NCBI GenBank assembly: GCA_905178155.1 | Contig: CAJINV010000004.1 | Span: 4,644,518-4,708,517, forward strand | Source of the DNA: Amoebophrya sp. A120 | Taxonomy: Eukaryota; Protista; Dinoflagellata | Length of the DNA: 64,000 nucleotides | Direction: 5' to 3' | Part shown: positions 47,217 to 58,500 of the stretch, in pieces | Layout: every line of letters begins with the position of its first letter | How positions within the stretch are numbered: position 1 is the first letter of the stretch | Made by a program: the position numbers and the translations under genes | The notes under the pieces: generated by a model | Seen by the model: the letters and a program-made list of their open reading frames with translations, nothing else | Told to the model about the DNA's origin: nothing | The model's database searches: none

Positions 47217-50152
47217 ATGACGGACTTTGTGACATGGGAAAAGAAGGCTAAAAACCTGGTATGAGAGTGCACAACACCCCCTCCTTGTCGCCCTCATTTA
47301 AAGGGTGCGCAGCCCCGGGAGAAATCGAAATTGTGGCTTCCGCATGGACATGTGAATTGTAGCATTTTTTTCTGCTTCGGCTTCAAAAATTGCGACGCGA
47401 ACAGTTGTGCTCAAAGACAAGGTACATTTGGTATTTTGCATCACAATGAATGAGGGGGGAGCTGGGGTGCACCCTCATACCTGGTCGACGAGTGCGAGAA
47501 GCAGGAGGAGGCGGAGAAAGACGCGAGCAACAAAGACCTGGGCATCGACCCCGACCGGGTGGAGGGACCGCCGGTGGCCGCGGCGAGGCAGCAATTGCAT
47601 TATGCATTGCAAATCTTCAAGTAAGTATCGTATTGCGTACATATTGCATATACAAATTCTTTTTCTTTCAGCATGAACGAGAGTAGAGGTTGTGGTCATG
47701 TTAGTCTACCTTGGGAAGGAGCTGATTTGTCATGCATGTCCGCAAAAAGATAGAGGGATTACGATATTTTTGCAGTGGATACGCAGGAGCTGAAGACGAT
47801 TTCGGAGGACCGCCGGAACTTGATCGGGAAGATCACCAACAAGGAAATCACGCTTTCAAATGTTGTGGCGAACAAAATCCAGTCTAGTAGGACGACGCCG
47901 AACAGCACGACGGAAGATGCTGTTCTTGAAGGAACATCTTCTATTGCTGCCAGTGCAGAAGCGGCTGCCCCAGGAGCTGCAGCATCAACATCGACCACCA
48001 ACGTCGACGTCTCCTCTTCATCCACCACGACCACTACTGGTGCAAGAACGGCGAGTAATCCTACTTCGCAAAACAACCCCGCCCGCGGCTCGTCCTCTTC
48101 GTCCCTAGATCCTGAAACGGCCCGCCTGGTTGATTCCACGTTTCTGGAGAAGCCGGGCTACATTGAAGTCCAGGCGGTCGAGAAGGGCGTGCGGATCGAA
48201 AACGCGAAGGACAGCACGATCCGGTTCAAGGGCAAAGTGTGGAAAATTTTCGTGGCCAACTGCGAAAACTGCCGCATCGAGGTGGACGCGGAAGTGTCTA
48301 CGTCCAGCTCCGAGGTGTACAACAGCAAAGACTGCGTCCTCTACTACCGCTGCGCGATGGAATCCGTGCAGGTGGACGCGTGTCAGCGCGTGCAGTGCTA
48401 CTGGAGCGAAGAGGCGTTTTTCAAGTACGTCGTCAGCCACGCGTGCGCGGACTTGGAGTACTACTTCGACGACAAACTGCAGGAAGTAGTGGTGGTGGAC
48501 GACGAGGACGAGGTGGATCGTGGCATAAACACTAGTAGTGCATCAACAACAGCCGAGGGGGCATCCGCATCCGCATCACAAGACAAAGACCCCAAGATGC
48601 AAGTGCAATACCTGACCGCGGTAGAACCAAAAACGAAGAAACTCGTGACGATGCCGGTGCAGCGCGACGCGGAAAAGGAATTCCCGGTTTTCTTTGGCGG
48701 CGACCAACAGATGCAAGCGGGCGCTGGCGGCGCCGGGGGCGGTGTGCGACCAGCAACGGGCGAAGTCGGCGGAGGTACTAGCAATGGGCATTTGCACTTC
48801 TCTGGTGGTGCTTCGAATGGAACCACAACTCCTGAGGCAAATCGTGCCGCAGCGCTGAGAAAGAAGGAGGAGGGGATATCAAATGCAAAAATGTCTGGGG
48901 CTGGAAGAATGCAGGAGTTTGTCATGCAGATTTTGCATGACCCATGAGGTCTTTGATGCATGACCTAGCATCAGAGATTTTGCGAGGGCTTTCTGATGCT
49001 CATACCGCATGAGAAACGCCCTCTCCGCGTAGCACAAATTACACCTCTTTTGCTTTTCATGCAATACAGATTTTATGTAGATTCCAAAAGTAGCATCACA
49101 AGTCGTATCCTTCCAGACCCAGCCACTTTTGCAATCCATAGAGGAACGCGGCTTTCAAAACGAGCGACTTCATGCAGGCAGCGGCCTTTTACACACTTTC
49201 GCTTGAGGTACATAGAGTACTGCTCGTATAGACATGATACATCCTTCCATGGCTCCTTATGAGCGAATGAGTAAAGAAAAAGAAGTACTTAGTAATCTTG
49301 GTAGTTTGATGTGAAGTGCATCGGGTTTGGAACACTGCACACTATGTTGTATAACTGCAAACTGACCCACCCAACACCAACGTAAAATCAAAATGACAGG
49401 CCTACCCCGACCCGGTCGTGTTGGCCAACCGGGCTCAGTGCTGGTTGAAAACGGGGGAATTCGGGAAAGCCATCAAGGTATCAATTGCAAAAGTGTCTGG
49501 GTCTGGGAGATTCTGAAACCTGTTATGCACGTTTTGCATGAGCCATGATGTCTGTGATGCATGCCGTAGCATCACAGATTTTTCGAGGGCTTCTTGATGC
49601 CTATTTCGCATGACAAATACCGTATCCGCGTAGCAAAAATTACACTCACTTTGCTACTCATGCAATACAAATTTTTTTGGAATCCAAATGCAGCATCACA
49701 AGTTGCATTCTTCCAGACCCAGACACTTTTGCATTTGATACAAGGACTGCGAAGAGGCCATCACGCTGGACGAGGGCAACCCGAAGGCGTGGTTCCGGCA
49801 GGGGATGGCGCGGCACGGGTTGGCCACCGGCTTGGAGAAGGACAAAACCGCGGAGGCCAAATCCTCGGCGGAACGGGAGTATCCTGTGCAAAAGTATCGT
49901 ACTCGTAGTAATTGCGTTTATGCATTACAAATATCTTTCTCAACGGTAAATCAGCATTACAAATTCAATTTGTAATGCTGGGCTAATTTGCAATGCAATT
50001 TATCTTAGCACGATGCTTTTGCATTGCATAGAGAGTTCAAGCTGGCCTTGGACTGCCTCGGCAAGGCGGAAAAACTGGACCCAAAGAACAAACAAATCAC
50101 CGACGCGATCGGCATGGTCAGCCTTAAAATGAGGAGACAACTTGCAGCGTAA
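47217..50152 (+). CDS. Protein with a C-CAP/cofactor-C beta-helix domain and C-terminal TPR repeats
   Basis: VRIENAKDSTIRFKGKVWKIFVANCENCRIEV...VQVDAC (C-CAP-like); KEEG|NAAFK, VLANRAQCWLKTG, NPKAWFRQG, LDPKNKQI (TPR). Exons 47217-47259, 47485-47600, 47787-48876, 49146-49207, 49400-49478, 49746-49879, 50036-50152. Confidence 0.85.
47260..47479. mobile_element. Introner family A
   Basis: TATGAGAGTGCAC...GTGCACCCTCATA; DR CCTGG/CCTGG; spliced AKNL|VDECEK. Confidence 0.93.
47601..47781. mobile_element. Introner family B-like, degenerate
   Basis: TATGCATTGCAAA...TACGATATTTTTGCAGTGGATA; DR TGCAT/CGCAG; frame restored to ELKTISED. Confidence 0.82.
48877..49140. mobile_element. Introner family C
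   Basis: DR GGGGA/GAGGA; splits the TPR motif KEEG|NAAFK. Confidence 0.95.
49479..49740. mobile_element. Introner family C
   Basis: TATCAATTGCAAAAGTGTCTGGGTCTGG...CCAGACCCAGACACTTTTGCATTTGATA; DR CAAGG/CAAGG; spliced AIK|DCEEAI. Confidence 0.96.
49880..50030. mobile_element. Introner family B
   Basis: TATCCTGTGCAAAAGTATCGT...ACGATGCTTTTGCATTGCATA; DR GGGAG/GAGAG; spliced ERE|FKLAL. Confidence 0.93.
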
Positions 50153-51269
50153 GTAAGCTTCACCCTCGGGGGCTGCTGCAGTCGAAGCACAACTGCTCCG
50201 CGTCGTCCAAGGGAGTTGTGATGAAGCTGCTCAAGTTTAGTTTTATTTCACGACGCGTTCACGTAGAAGTACCAAGTATATCAGGCGAGCGACTGTTGAA
50301 CCTCTCTTCTCGGGTCGTATTGAGAAGCAGGAGTGCTATGAAAGAAAGTACTCTGTAGTACCAACTTAAGCTTAACTAGTATCGCGAAAATAAGCACCTC
50401 TGTTCAACTTCGACCGACCTGCTGGCATGCTTTCCTCGATATCGTCGAAGATGTGTTCCACTTCCTTTGCGCTCGAGAGAGAAATAGAAGGTACTGGCAC
50501 ACGGCCACTTGTAGATTTCGTTATTTGTTGATGCGTCCGGGATCATGATTTTCATCTCTTTGTCGGATCTTCATGTTGGGTCGTCATTTGATCACCAATT
50601 TTTGCGACCTCGCGGCTCGTTATCGATTTCGGGTCGTTCTTGGAATGTTACCATTGCTTCTAGACTAGACTTCTTCAATCCAAATGGAAATGTTCTAAAA
50701 CTTTTTCTAGGCGATTTTTTTCGCGATGTGTGCGGCGATGGATGAGGATCAATCTTCTGACAATGTCGATCGTACAAGGGGTGTATCTATGAATACAATT
50801 GCTAGCCGTAGAGTAAATTTATGAATGGATAGCGGTTCGGTATCATAAGCTAGAGTGTCCCGCCGTTGCTTATCTTCTCTCGTTTCCTTGCTCCCATTGT
50901 GTCTTGAAGATCGCAGCGTCTTCTCCTGCTGACCTTGCTGAAATCTTCGCGCGGTCGTCGAGCCAAGAAGGGGTCCTTTATCGGAGACGTTCTACAAGAA
51001 CCGCAAGAAAGCGCATTGCAGCGAGCATTCCGCCCCCCGTGGGGCGGAGGCGGTACGGGTAGGACGAGAACAGAAGAACCACGGAACGAAAGGTTACTCG
51101 GTGTACCGTAGTTAAAGAAACTACTTGAACGGCAGGGGCCGCACGAGGCTTGAGCTGTGGTGCCACAACTAGCACGAGATTACCACGTTGATAGCCAGCA
51201 GAACGAGAACACCAACACCTCCTTTTCTTGCCAGAAAACGTAAACTTTGCCAAGTAAAACTACGATATC

Positions 51270-54064
51270 ATGGTGGACAAGTTGTCCGAGCTTCGGGGAA
51301 AAGCTGGCGTCAGCGAGCCGGCAAGTCGCTACGGATCCCTGGACGAAGCTGACGCAGATGATCTTGGTGGCTGGGGAGAAGGGAAAACGTTAATGACCTC
51401 GCTCGTCGAAACTTCCAAGGTATAGCTTTCCACTAGTTTTGCGGCATCTACTTATGTGGGTACGAAGCAGAAGCAGATTCAACGTGAACGTTGATGATTT
51501 CTTGTTGTGCTACAGAAGTGCTGTCATCTTGCTCGTGGCGACAGCACAGCATGAGCTTTTGCATCGGGGGAACTATGAAAGAAAATTTCTTCTAAAGATG
51601 AAGTCAATAAAAAAAATGGTGCAGCCTAAGGAATTCGAACTGGCACATCTTATTTTACACGTACAGGAACTTCTCCCTATGACCGATTCCGTAAGGGAAA
51701 CCTCGGACCGTGTGCGCGAGCTGACCCGGCAAGCCGTGATGGCCACTTCCGCAGAAAAGGAGCGGAAGATCGGGGCGGCCGTGTCCAAGTATATCAACGA
51801 GGGGAAGGAAATATGCATTGCACGAGCATCGCACTTCTAGGGGGAGTTGCAGCGTTGCAAATTTTTCAAGAAGCAGGAATAGCTAAAGGCAAGCTGAGTT
51901 TGTCATGCCGATCAAAGTTGAAAAGAAAACTTGTCATGCGATATTGCAACTACTAGGACAAGCACGTCGATGCTCTTGTAAAAATGCATAGGAAAACATC
52001 ATGCAGGTGAAGAACATGCTGGACGAGTTGAAGTATCCTGTGCAAAAGTATCGTACTCGTAGTAATTGCAATCATCCATTACAGATTTTTTTCTAAAGGT
52101 GCACTCGCATTTCTTATGCTGAGGGAACAATATCAAATCGTTCCCTCAGCATGAGAAACTGCCCCAATTTGTCATGCATTTATACGAGTGCCGTACTTCT
52201 GCAATGCATATGAAGCGGCTAGAGATCGAGGAGGGAGACACCATGAGCCCGGCGGAAACGCAGATGGTGCACGCGATCATAAGGTCGGCTAGTCAAAGGT
52301 TCAAACTGAATATCACCGACTACATGAAGGTATGAATATGAGAAGATCAAGACTCTTTTTTTTGTGAAGATTTTCTACCGGAATCGGAATACAATTAAAA
52401 TTAATGCTTCAACCGTCTGACTCCGTGACTTTTTGAGTTCGTGTTGTTGCGCGACCTTCTCTCCATCTACTGCCCTGAGACGAAACGGAAAGAACGCTCA
52501 AACACACACATCAGGCCCAAGAGGAGTATAAGACGGCAGTAAAATCAAAAGTCGAGCGCCAACTCCGAATCGCGTATCCTGACGCCGCAGAGGAGGAAAT
52601 TCAGCAGCTTGCAGAGGAGGATCCGCTCAGCGTCCGAGAAGCGATTCAGGCACAGCTGAAGTCCGGCGGGAAAAACTCACTGCAGGTAGAGGAGGTTTTG
52701 TTTGTTCTGTTTCTTACATGATGCCAACATGGGGATCAACTTAATACTACTAGTGATTGTACATGTACGCACTGCCACTGCATTTCTATTCTATCTTGAC
52801 GGAGACAACTTGGCGCACTTGAAGATTCTTGAAGATGTTCTTGATCTCAACAACTACTACAGTCCACATTGTACGACCTGCACGAGAAGTATGGAACTGT
52901 CAGGATTGAAATCGTCAAAGTTGAAATAATTTCTCATGCATAAATTGCAGGGCATGAAGTGCCTCTCTTGCAGGGATGGCAAGTGGGGCAGATTGTGAGC
53001 CTATTTGGGGTTTGAAATAGCGCTGCTAAAAGAGCATGGCAAAAGCCGTCTTCTGTGCCCAAACAGCATGACAAATTGGATTCCGGTGCTCCGAAAATTT
53101 GTCATGCGCCACTTGAAAACTGGGTTCCAACTGGCATCCACTTTATGCATGACAAATTGTTTCAACTTTGTCGATTTCAAACCTGACACATCCATAAGAA
53201 GTATTCGGATATGAAGAAGTTAGAGGAGTCCGTGCTGTATCCTGTGCAAAAGTATCGTACTCGTATTGCAATCATGCATTACAAATCTTTATCTCAAGGT
53301 AAATCCGCATTACAAATTTTCTCTCTCATGCTGAGGAAATTTGTAATGCATGTATACGAGTACGATGCTTTTGCAGTTCATATGCTGGAGTTGCACGACC
53401 TGTTCCTTTTTCTCTCCGCCTTGGTGGACGAACAGGGCATGATGTTGGACTCGATCGAGGCCAACGTGGAGAATTATGAAAATGCATAACTCATTTCCCT
53501 CTACATGCCTCTCATTTTTCATGCAGAATACTAAGCCTAGCCATAGCGCGTTGTCGTTGCCTCGTGCTTGTGGACCACTTGCATGACAAGCTACAGCTGC
53601 ACGCCAACCCGCACTAGTACAACATTCCGTGTGGGGATTGGTCATGCCTTTAAAAATAGCTACATCCCTGTTCTTGCTTCATCTGTTGCTGCCCATGTTA
53701 TTTATACTTATTCGACACATCACAAATGGGGAGACGAGGAGGAGCAGTTCCACTTGTGCACTTTCATAAGAACACGCGAGAATACACGGGCGTGGCGGTT
53801 GAGCACCTCGCGGAGGCGAAACGAAGTAAGGACGCCTATGACCGGAAGCGGTTTTGGTTCTACGCCATGAGCGTCGTTTCCGCCATCGTCTGTATACTAG
53901 TCATCCTCTGCCTCCTCGGACCCAGCTTGCACTTCTTTTCGATGTTTCTTCCCAGCGGCGGCGGGAGCAATGCAAACAACCACGATCAACATAACAGCAT
54001 CAACAACAATAACCTCCGAGGGGGAGGCGGTGGCGGACTGCCACCGGCACAACCGAACGGATAG
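51270..54064 (+). CDS. Syntaxin (Qa-SNARE, plasma-membrane type)
   Basis: MVDKLSEL..., KVERQLRIAYPDA, SNARE motif DMKKLEESVL|ELHDLFLFLSALVDEQGMMLDSIEANVEN|TREY, C-terminal TM. Exons 51270-51419, 51667-51811, 51996-52033, 52216-52329, 52515-52685, 52863-52889, 53202-53237, 53388-53474, 53774-54064 (3 GT-AG introns, 5 introners). Confidence 0.92.
51812..51990. mobile_element. Introner, family B-related
   Basis: TATGCATTGCACGAGCATCG...CGATGCTCTTGTAAAAATGCATA; DR GGAAA/GGAAA; spliced GKE|NIMQV. Confidence 0.9.
52034..52210. mobile_element. Introner family B with an internal fold-back
   Basis: TATCCTGTGCAAAAGTA...TACTTCTGCAATGCATA; DR TGAAG/TGAAG. Confidence 0.93.
52890..53196. mobile_element. 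Introner family D, reverse orientation relative to 17095-17401
   Basis: TATGGAACTGTCAGGATTGAAATCG...CGATTTCAAACCTGACACATCCATA; DR AGAAG/AGAAG; spliced HEK|YSDMKK. Confidence 0.96.
53238..53382. mobile_element. Introner family B
   Basis: DR TGCTG/TGCTG; splits the SNARE motif ESVL|ELHDLF. Confidence 0.96.
53475..53768. mobile_element. Introner family A, divergent
   Basis: TATGAAAATGCATAA...TTGTGCACTTTCATA; DR AGAAT/AGAAC; spliced NVEN|TREY. Confidence 0.9.
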
Positions 54065-55567
54065 AAGGTTACTGAGTGATGCCGTAGCTGCGGCAGTAGC
54101 AGTACTTCTACAAGCGTAGCTGCTCACACAACTCCGCGCAAAGTAGTTTATGCTTTTGAAATTAGTAGAGATGATGATGCCTACCATATACCATTTACCA
54201 AATCATGGACTATCTTGTAAAAAATGCCTTGAAGAAATTGACAAGTTGCCTCGCAACGACCGCAATGTACTCTAAGTGTTGACGGACTTCTTGAATGCCT
54301 TTAACTTTGTCGAAATTAAACGAACGAGGAGAAACACAGGAGACACGCGCAGCTGGCGCGCTGTCTTCTAGGTGAAATTGTTTCTCTTTGTAGGTGGAAT
54401 GCAAGTGGGTGGCGAAAGTGGTGGGCGTAGTACGGGCCTCTTTTGACGATTTTTGGATGCATTTGTACAACTACTAACTTCCGTGATCATAAATTGTGAA
54501 GATCACGACCACGATCAGTGCGCGTGGCATGTATCGAAGTGTCGTGCATCTATCAATCTTTCCATATCGTGAAGATCAAGATTAACCTCTTCTCTTCTTG
54601 TAGCCTCTTTTGCAATTATCACCATGATGCGGATCATGTGATAGTGATCATGTTGTTGAAGGAAGAACAAGAACTGAAAGCGCCAACAAAATAATAACTA
54701 ACTCCAACATTATCAGCATCAAAGAGGAGACCCACCTGGTGCCCAGGCCCCCTGCCCACCAGCTTTTTTTTTGTGAGTTATGTATCAATCCTTATGTGTC
54801 GTGGCATCGTCCTCCTGGTTGTCGTGCTAGTACTTAGCTTTCGGATATATGTGACAATGGATATGGACCGCGTATCCAACTATAGTATTCGTATCGGTTC
54901 TTCTTGCAAATCCACACGAAAAAAAGCGTCGGACAAGAGGCCGCATGCCAAGCCGTTTTGATTGTGAACACGAGTTGAAGTAGAACATACCGACCGAGGG
55001 AAAGGAGCGACAGAGCGGATCGGCACAGTGATAGTGTCTTATTCTTGAGGGGAGGAGACAGCGAGAAAAAAGTTGGGCCGCAGTGACTGTGGCATATTCG
55101 GAGTAGTGCAGCAATCCCTTGCGACTACAGTTCCAACTCGATCTATGGGAATCTAGAAAAATGCCGTTCTTGTTCTGTTTTCGAGCAGCCGAAGAGCGTC
55201 TTTATCGCGATTTTATGCCTTCTTTCCTATATCAAAATTGAAATTATGCTCCGGCTACAGTGACCTACTCAAACTTCTGTTTGGATTTTACACTGCAATA
55301 TAAATATCAAAATGAATGGCGTGAGTTCTCTACATCTCGGCCTTGATCCTCCGTTTTGCGGCAGACGAGGAGCGATGCCTCTCTCTTCATCGTTCTCTTA
55401 ATAGCCCGAAGACGCTCAGATGAAGTGGCAGAGCACCGCCAGAAACCTGAGTCTGCTGCTGATCTGCACTTTTTAAAAGGACGAGAAAAACAAACTTCCG
55501 ACAAGCGCACAGACCTCCGCGAGGAGCATTTATTTTGCGTTTAATCAACAACAACAAACCAGCGACA

Positions 55568-58500
55568 ATGCAAGGCACGACGGGCAGAAGCTCCTCTTCC
55601 ACTTCCACAGCACGACCCGCACCGAGCCCGAACTTGCAGCGGCCCTCTCTGATCTTCAACATCGACGCGGAAAAGCATCAAGCAGCGCGGGCGAGCGCAA
55701 GTGCAAGGAGCAGCAAGGCCACCATTTCGCCGAAGTCGGATGGCAGTGGTTCAACGATAAAGCCCGATTTACTAGGTGGATACGGTGGCGAGGAACATCA
55801 AGCAGCTGCACTCGTATGCATTGCAAAAGTAACGTACTAGTATAAATTGCATTTACAAAATTCGGCAAGAAGAAAAGTGGAATTTGTCATGCTGTTTTAC
55901 CATAGGAGGAAGATTTGTCATGCATATTTGCAATTAGTACGAGTGCGATACTTTTGCACAGCATAACTCGCAAACGTCAGCAACTTGCTGCATCAAGCGG
56001 TCGACGTGGAGCATGTGGAGATTACCGAGCGGGACTTCGACCACGCCCATATCGTGCAGGACAGCGTTTTCGCGCGTCTGGGTCGGCACGTTTGCGACAG
56101 AATCGTGGTGTCGGGATTTCCGAAGCAGTATGCTAGAGTAAAAAAAGCAGCGGTATCTACTTCGCGTCTTTCAGTTTGTATTGCATATCTATCATGTTAT
56201 GACATGCACCTATATAAATCCGATTATCTTCGTGTACAACTAGGGTGGACATCATGACTTGTAGCTGGGCAGCACGAGCGCGCTGATTTTGCAGCTGATT
56301 TTACATGGCATAAAAAGCTTCGGTACTACAACCGAGGGTCGGCCTATTTCCCATCCGACAAAGCGCATGACATCAACGGGCATTATTTGTACGACAACGT
56401 TCTGGGGTTGTACCGGAAAGAGAACGTCGCGACAGGAAGTACTATCATGGCAGGGGGATCAGGCGATAATGTTAGAGATGCACAGGAGAGCGCGGGCAAA
56501 ACTAAACCGTTCAAAGACCACGAACAGCGCATCCAGCCGCGGTCCTTCAGTAGCCGCGTGAGCGAAAGTAGAGGTGGCGTGGGCGGAGGTGGAACAATGG
56601 ATCCAGCTCAAGGGATCATGATGAGCCAACTTTCTGCAGGACGAGGAGACGAGGAAGATCCGGATAGCCACCTGTACCTTCAGTGGGTGTCCGACCACCT
56701 GGGGAGGTGGGTGGTGCACGAAATCCTGCCGGGCACCGCGTTTGACGCTACCACCGGGCATTTCAACTGGGACGAGGTGTCGGAGCACGACGACCGGGTG
56801 CTGGCCGTCATTCCCGACCCCCACTTCCTGTGCTTCCACGAGACCCCACGACAGATCGTGCAGGAGGCTTTTTTTTGGAACGGCAGGGCGGATGTGAGAA
56901 ACAAGCAAGGTAGCTTCATGAAGAAGCACGTGCACTTGCGGTTCTGCGGCAACCACATCGACGCCATCTGCGTGCAGGGCAGCCACAAGGTGCGGCAGTC
57001 CTACGTGGGCGGCGCGCGGGAGCAGGCCTCGAGGCTCTACTTACCGATCGAGCAGTGCGGCTGGAACCAGCTGGTGCGCAGTGCGAAGAAGGAAGTTGAT
57101 GTCGTGGGGAAAAGTAGTAGTCCTACTGCTGCTGCCGATAAAGAAGATGATCCTGTGACGAGTGACAGATATCGAGAGCTGAGTCACCAGGGCGCGAAAG
57201 AATTCGTTGACCAAAAGAAAATCCACCTGCACTCCGCCAGGAAAGGGAAAAATGGACGAGAAGATGTTGGCACAGAAAACAACAACAACGCAGCAAGCGG
57301 CAGGTCGTCAACCCGCGCTCCGAGAAGTCCAGAGGATGCCGACGACCTGGGCGTCACATTGGACGACAACTTGACGGATCTGGACCGGTTTTCCGCCGAT
57401 CTGGGAACGCACAGCTTTGAGATCTGCAACCTCAAATACATGGTCGAAAAGGAGAAAGGAAAACAAGCAAATAGAAATAGTGGTCCCGGCACCGCACCGG
57501 GTAGTGCGAAGTCCCCGGAAGCTTCAACATCATCGAGCTCGAAACGCAAAAGCAAAGAGAGCGCAACAGCAGGAGAGTCCTCAACAAAGTCAGGGAAAAT
57601 AAATCCTACCGCCACGACGACTGACCACGTCGACGACTACAACCTTGTCCTATTAGAGACGCGCAAGAATCTGCCCGCCACGGTGCCGTTCACCTTGCGC
57701 GAGATCGTGGACCGAAACCGGGAATTTGTGTTGCAAAACCTGGAAGAGTTCAACATGCTGGGCGCCGTGGTCACCGTGAATCACCGACAGGAGCCGCTTC
57801 TCCGCCGCATGGTAGAATGCTCGAGGGAAAAAGAGGACGTAGAAGAAGCGATAGCGAACGAGGAGGAGAGGACCGCGGAAGAGCAGGATGCAAGGGTAAA
57901 CACAACAACCGCAGATGGACCGAGGAAGCCTCCCCCGCCTCTAGCAGCGAAACCTAGTGCACCTGGTGCACAGATGAATAAAATTGCCGACGGCGAAGAT
58001 CTCCAAGCCCCCGAAGAAAAAAGTAGAATGTCAAACTCCCAAAACCACTCGTCTCTGTTGCAGCAGCTATTCGCGCATAATCTCGTCCGGTCCGTTTCCC
58101 TCGGTCCGACGCTGTGGTCCTTCCCCTACATCAGTCTCGTCGGGGCACCCGCCTGCGATTTCCACTGCAACGGGGTGTATGAGAAATTGCACCCGCTGCA
58201 GGACAAGGAGGAGCAGCAGGGCATTCTGCACGTGTACCGGCGGAGCTGGGTCAACGTACACGGCGACGTGCACGAACGGTTTCTATTGGTCCGGATGGAC
58301 ACGAAAAAAACCGTGCTGCATTGGCGCTTGCAAAAGCACTACAAGCTGCTGGAAGGCGGTGAGGTGGACTTTGACGACGACGGGATAGACGACGGTAGTA
58401 GGAACAAAGGCTCTAGCGGCACTGCTGTATCAAGGCGAAGATCATCCAGGCGGAACAGTGGCAGTGCGTCTTTCTCGCCCGCTCGGCGAAGCAGGTCGAG

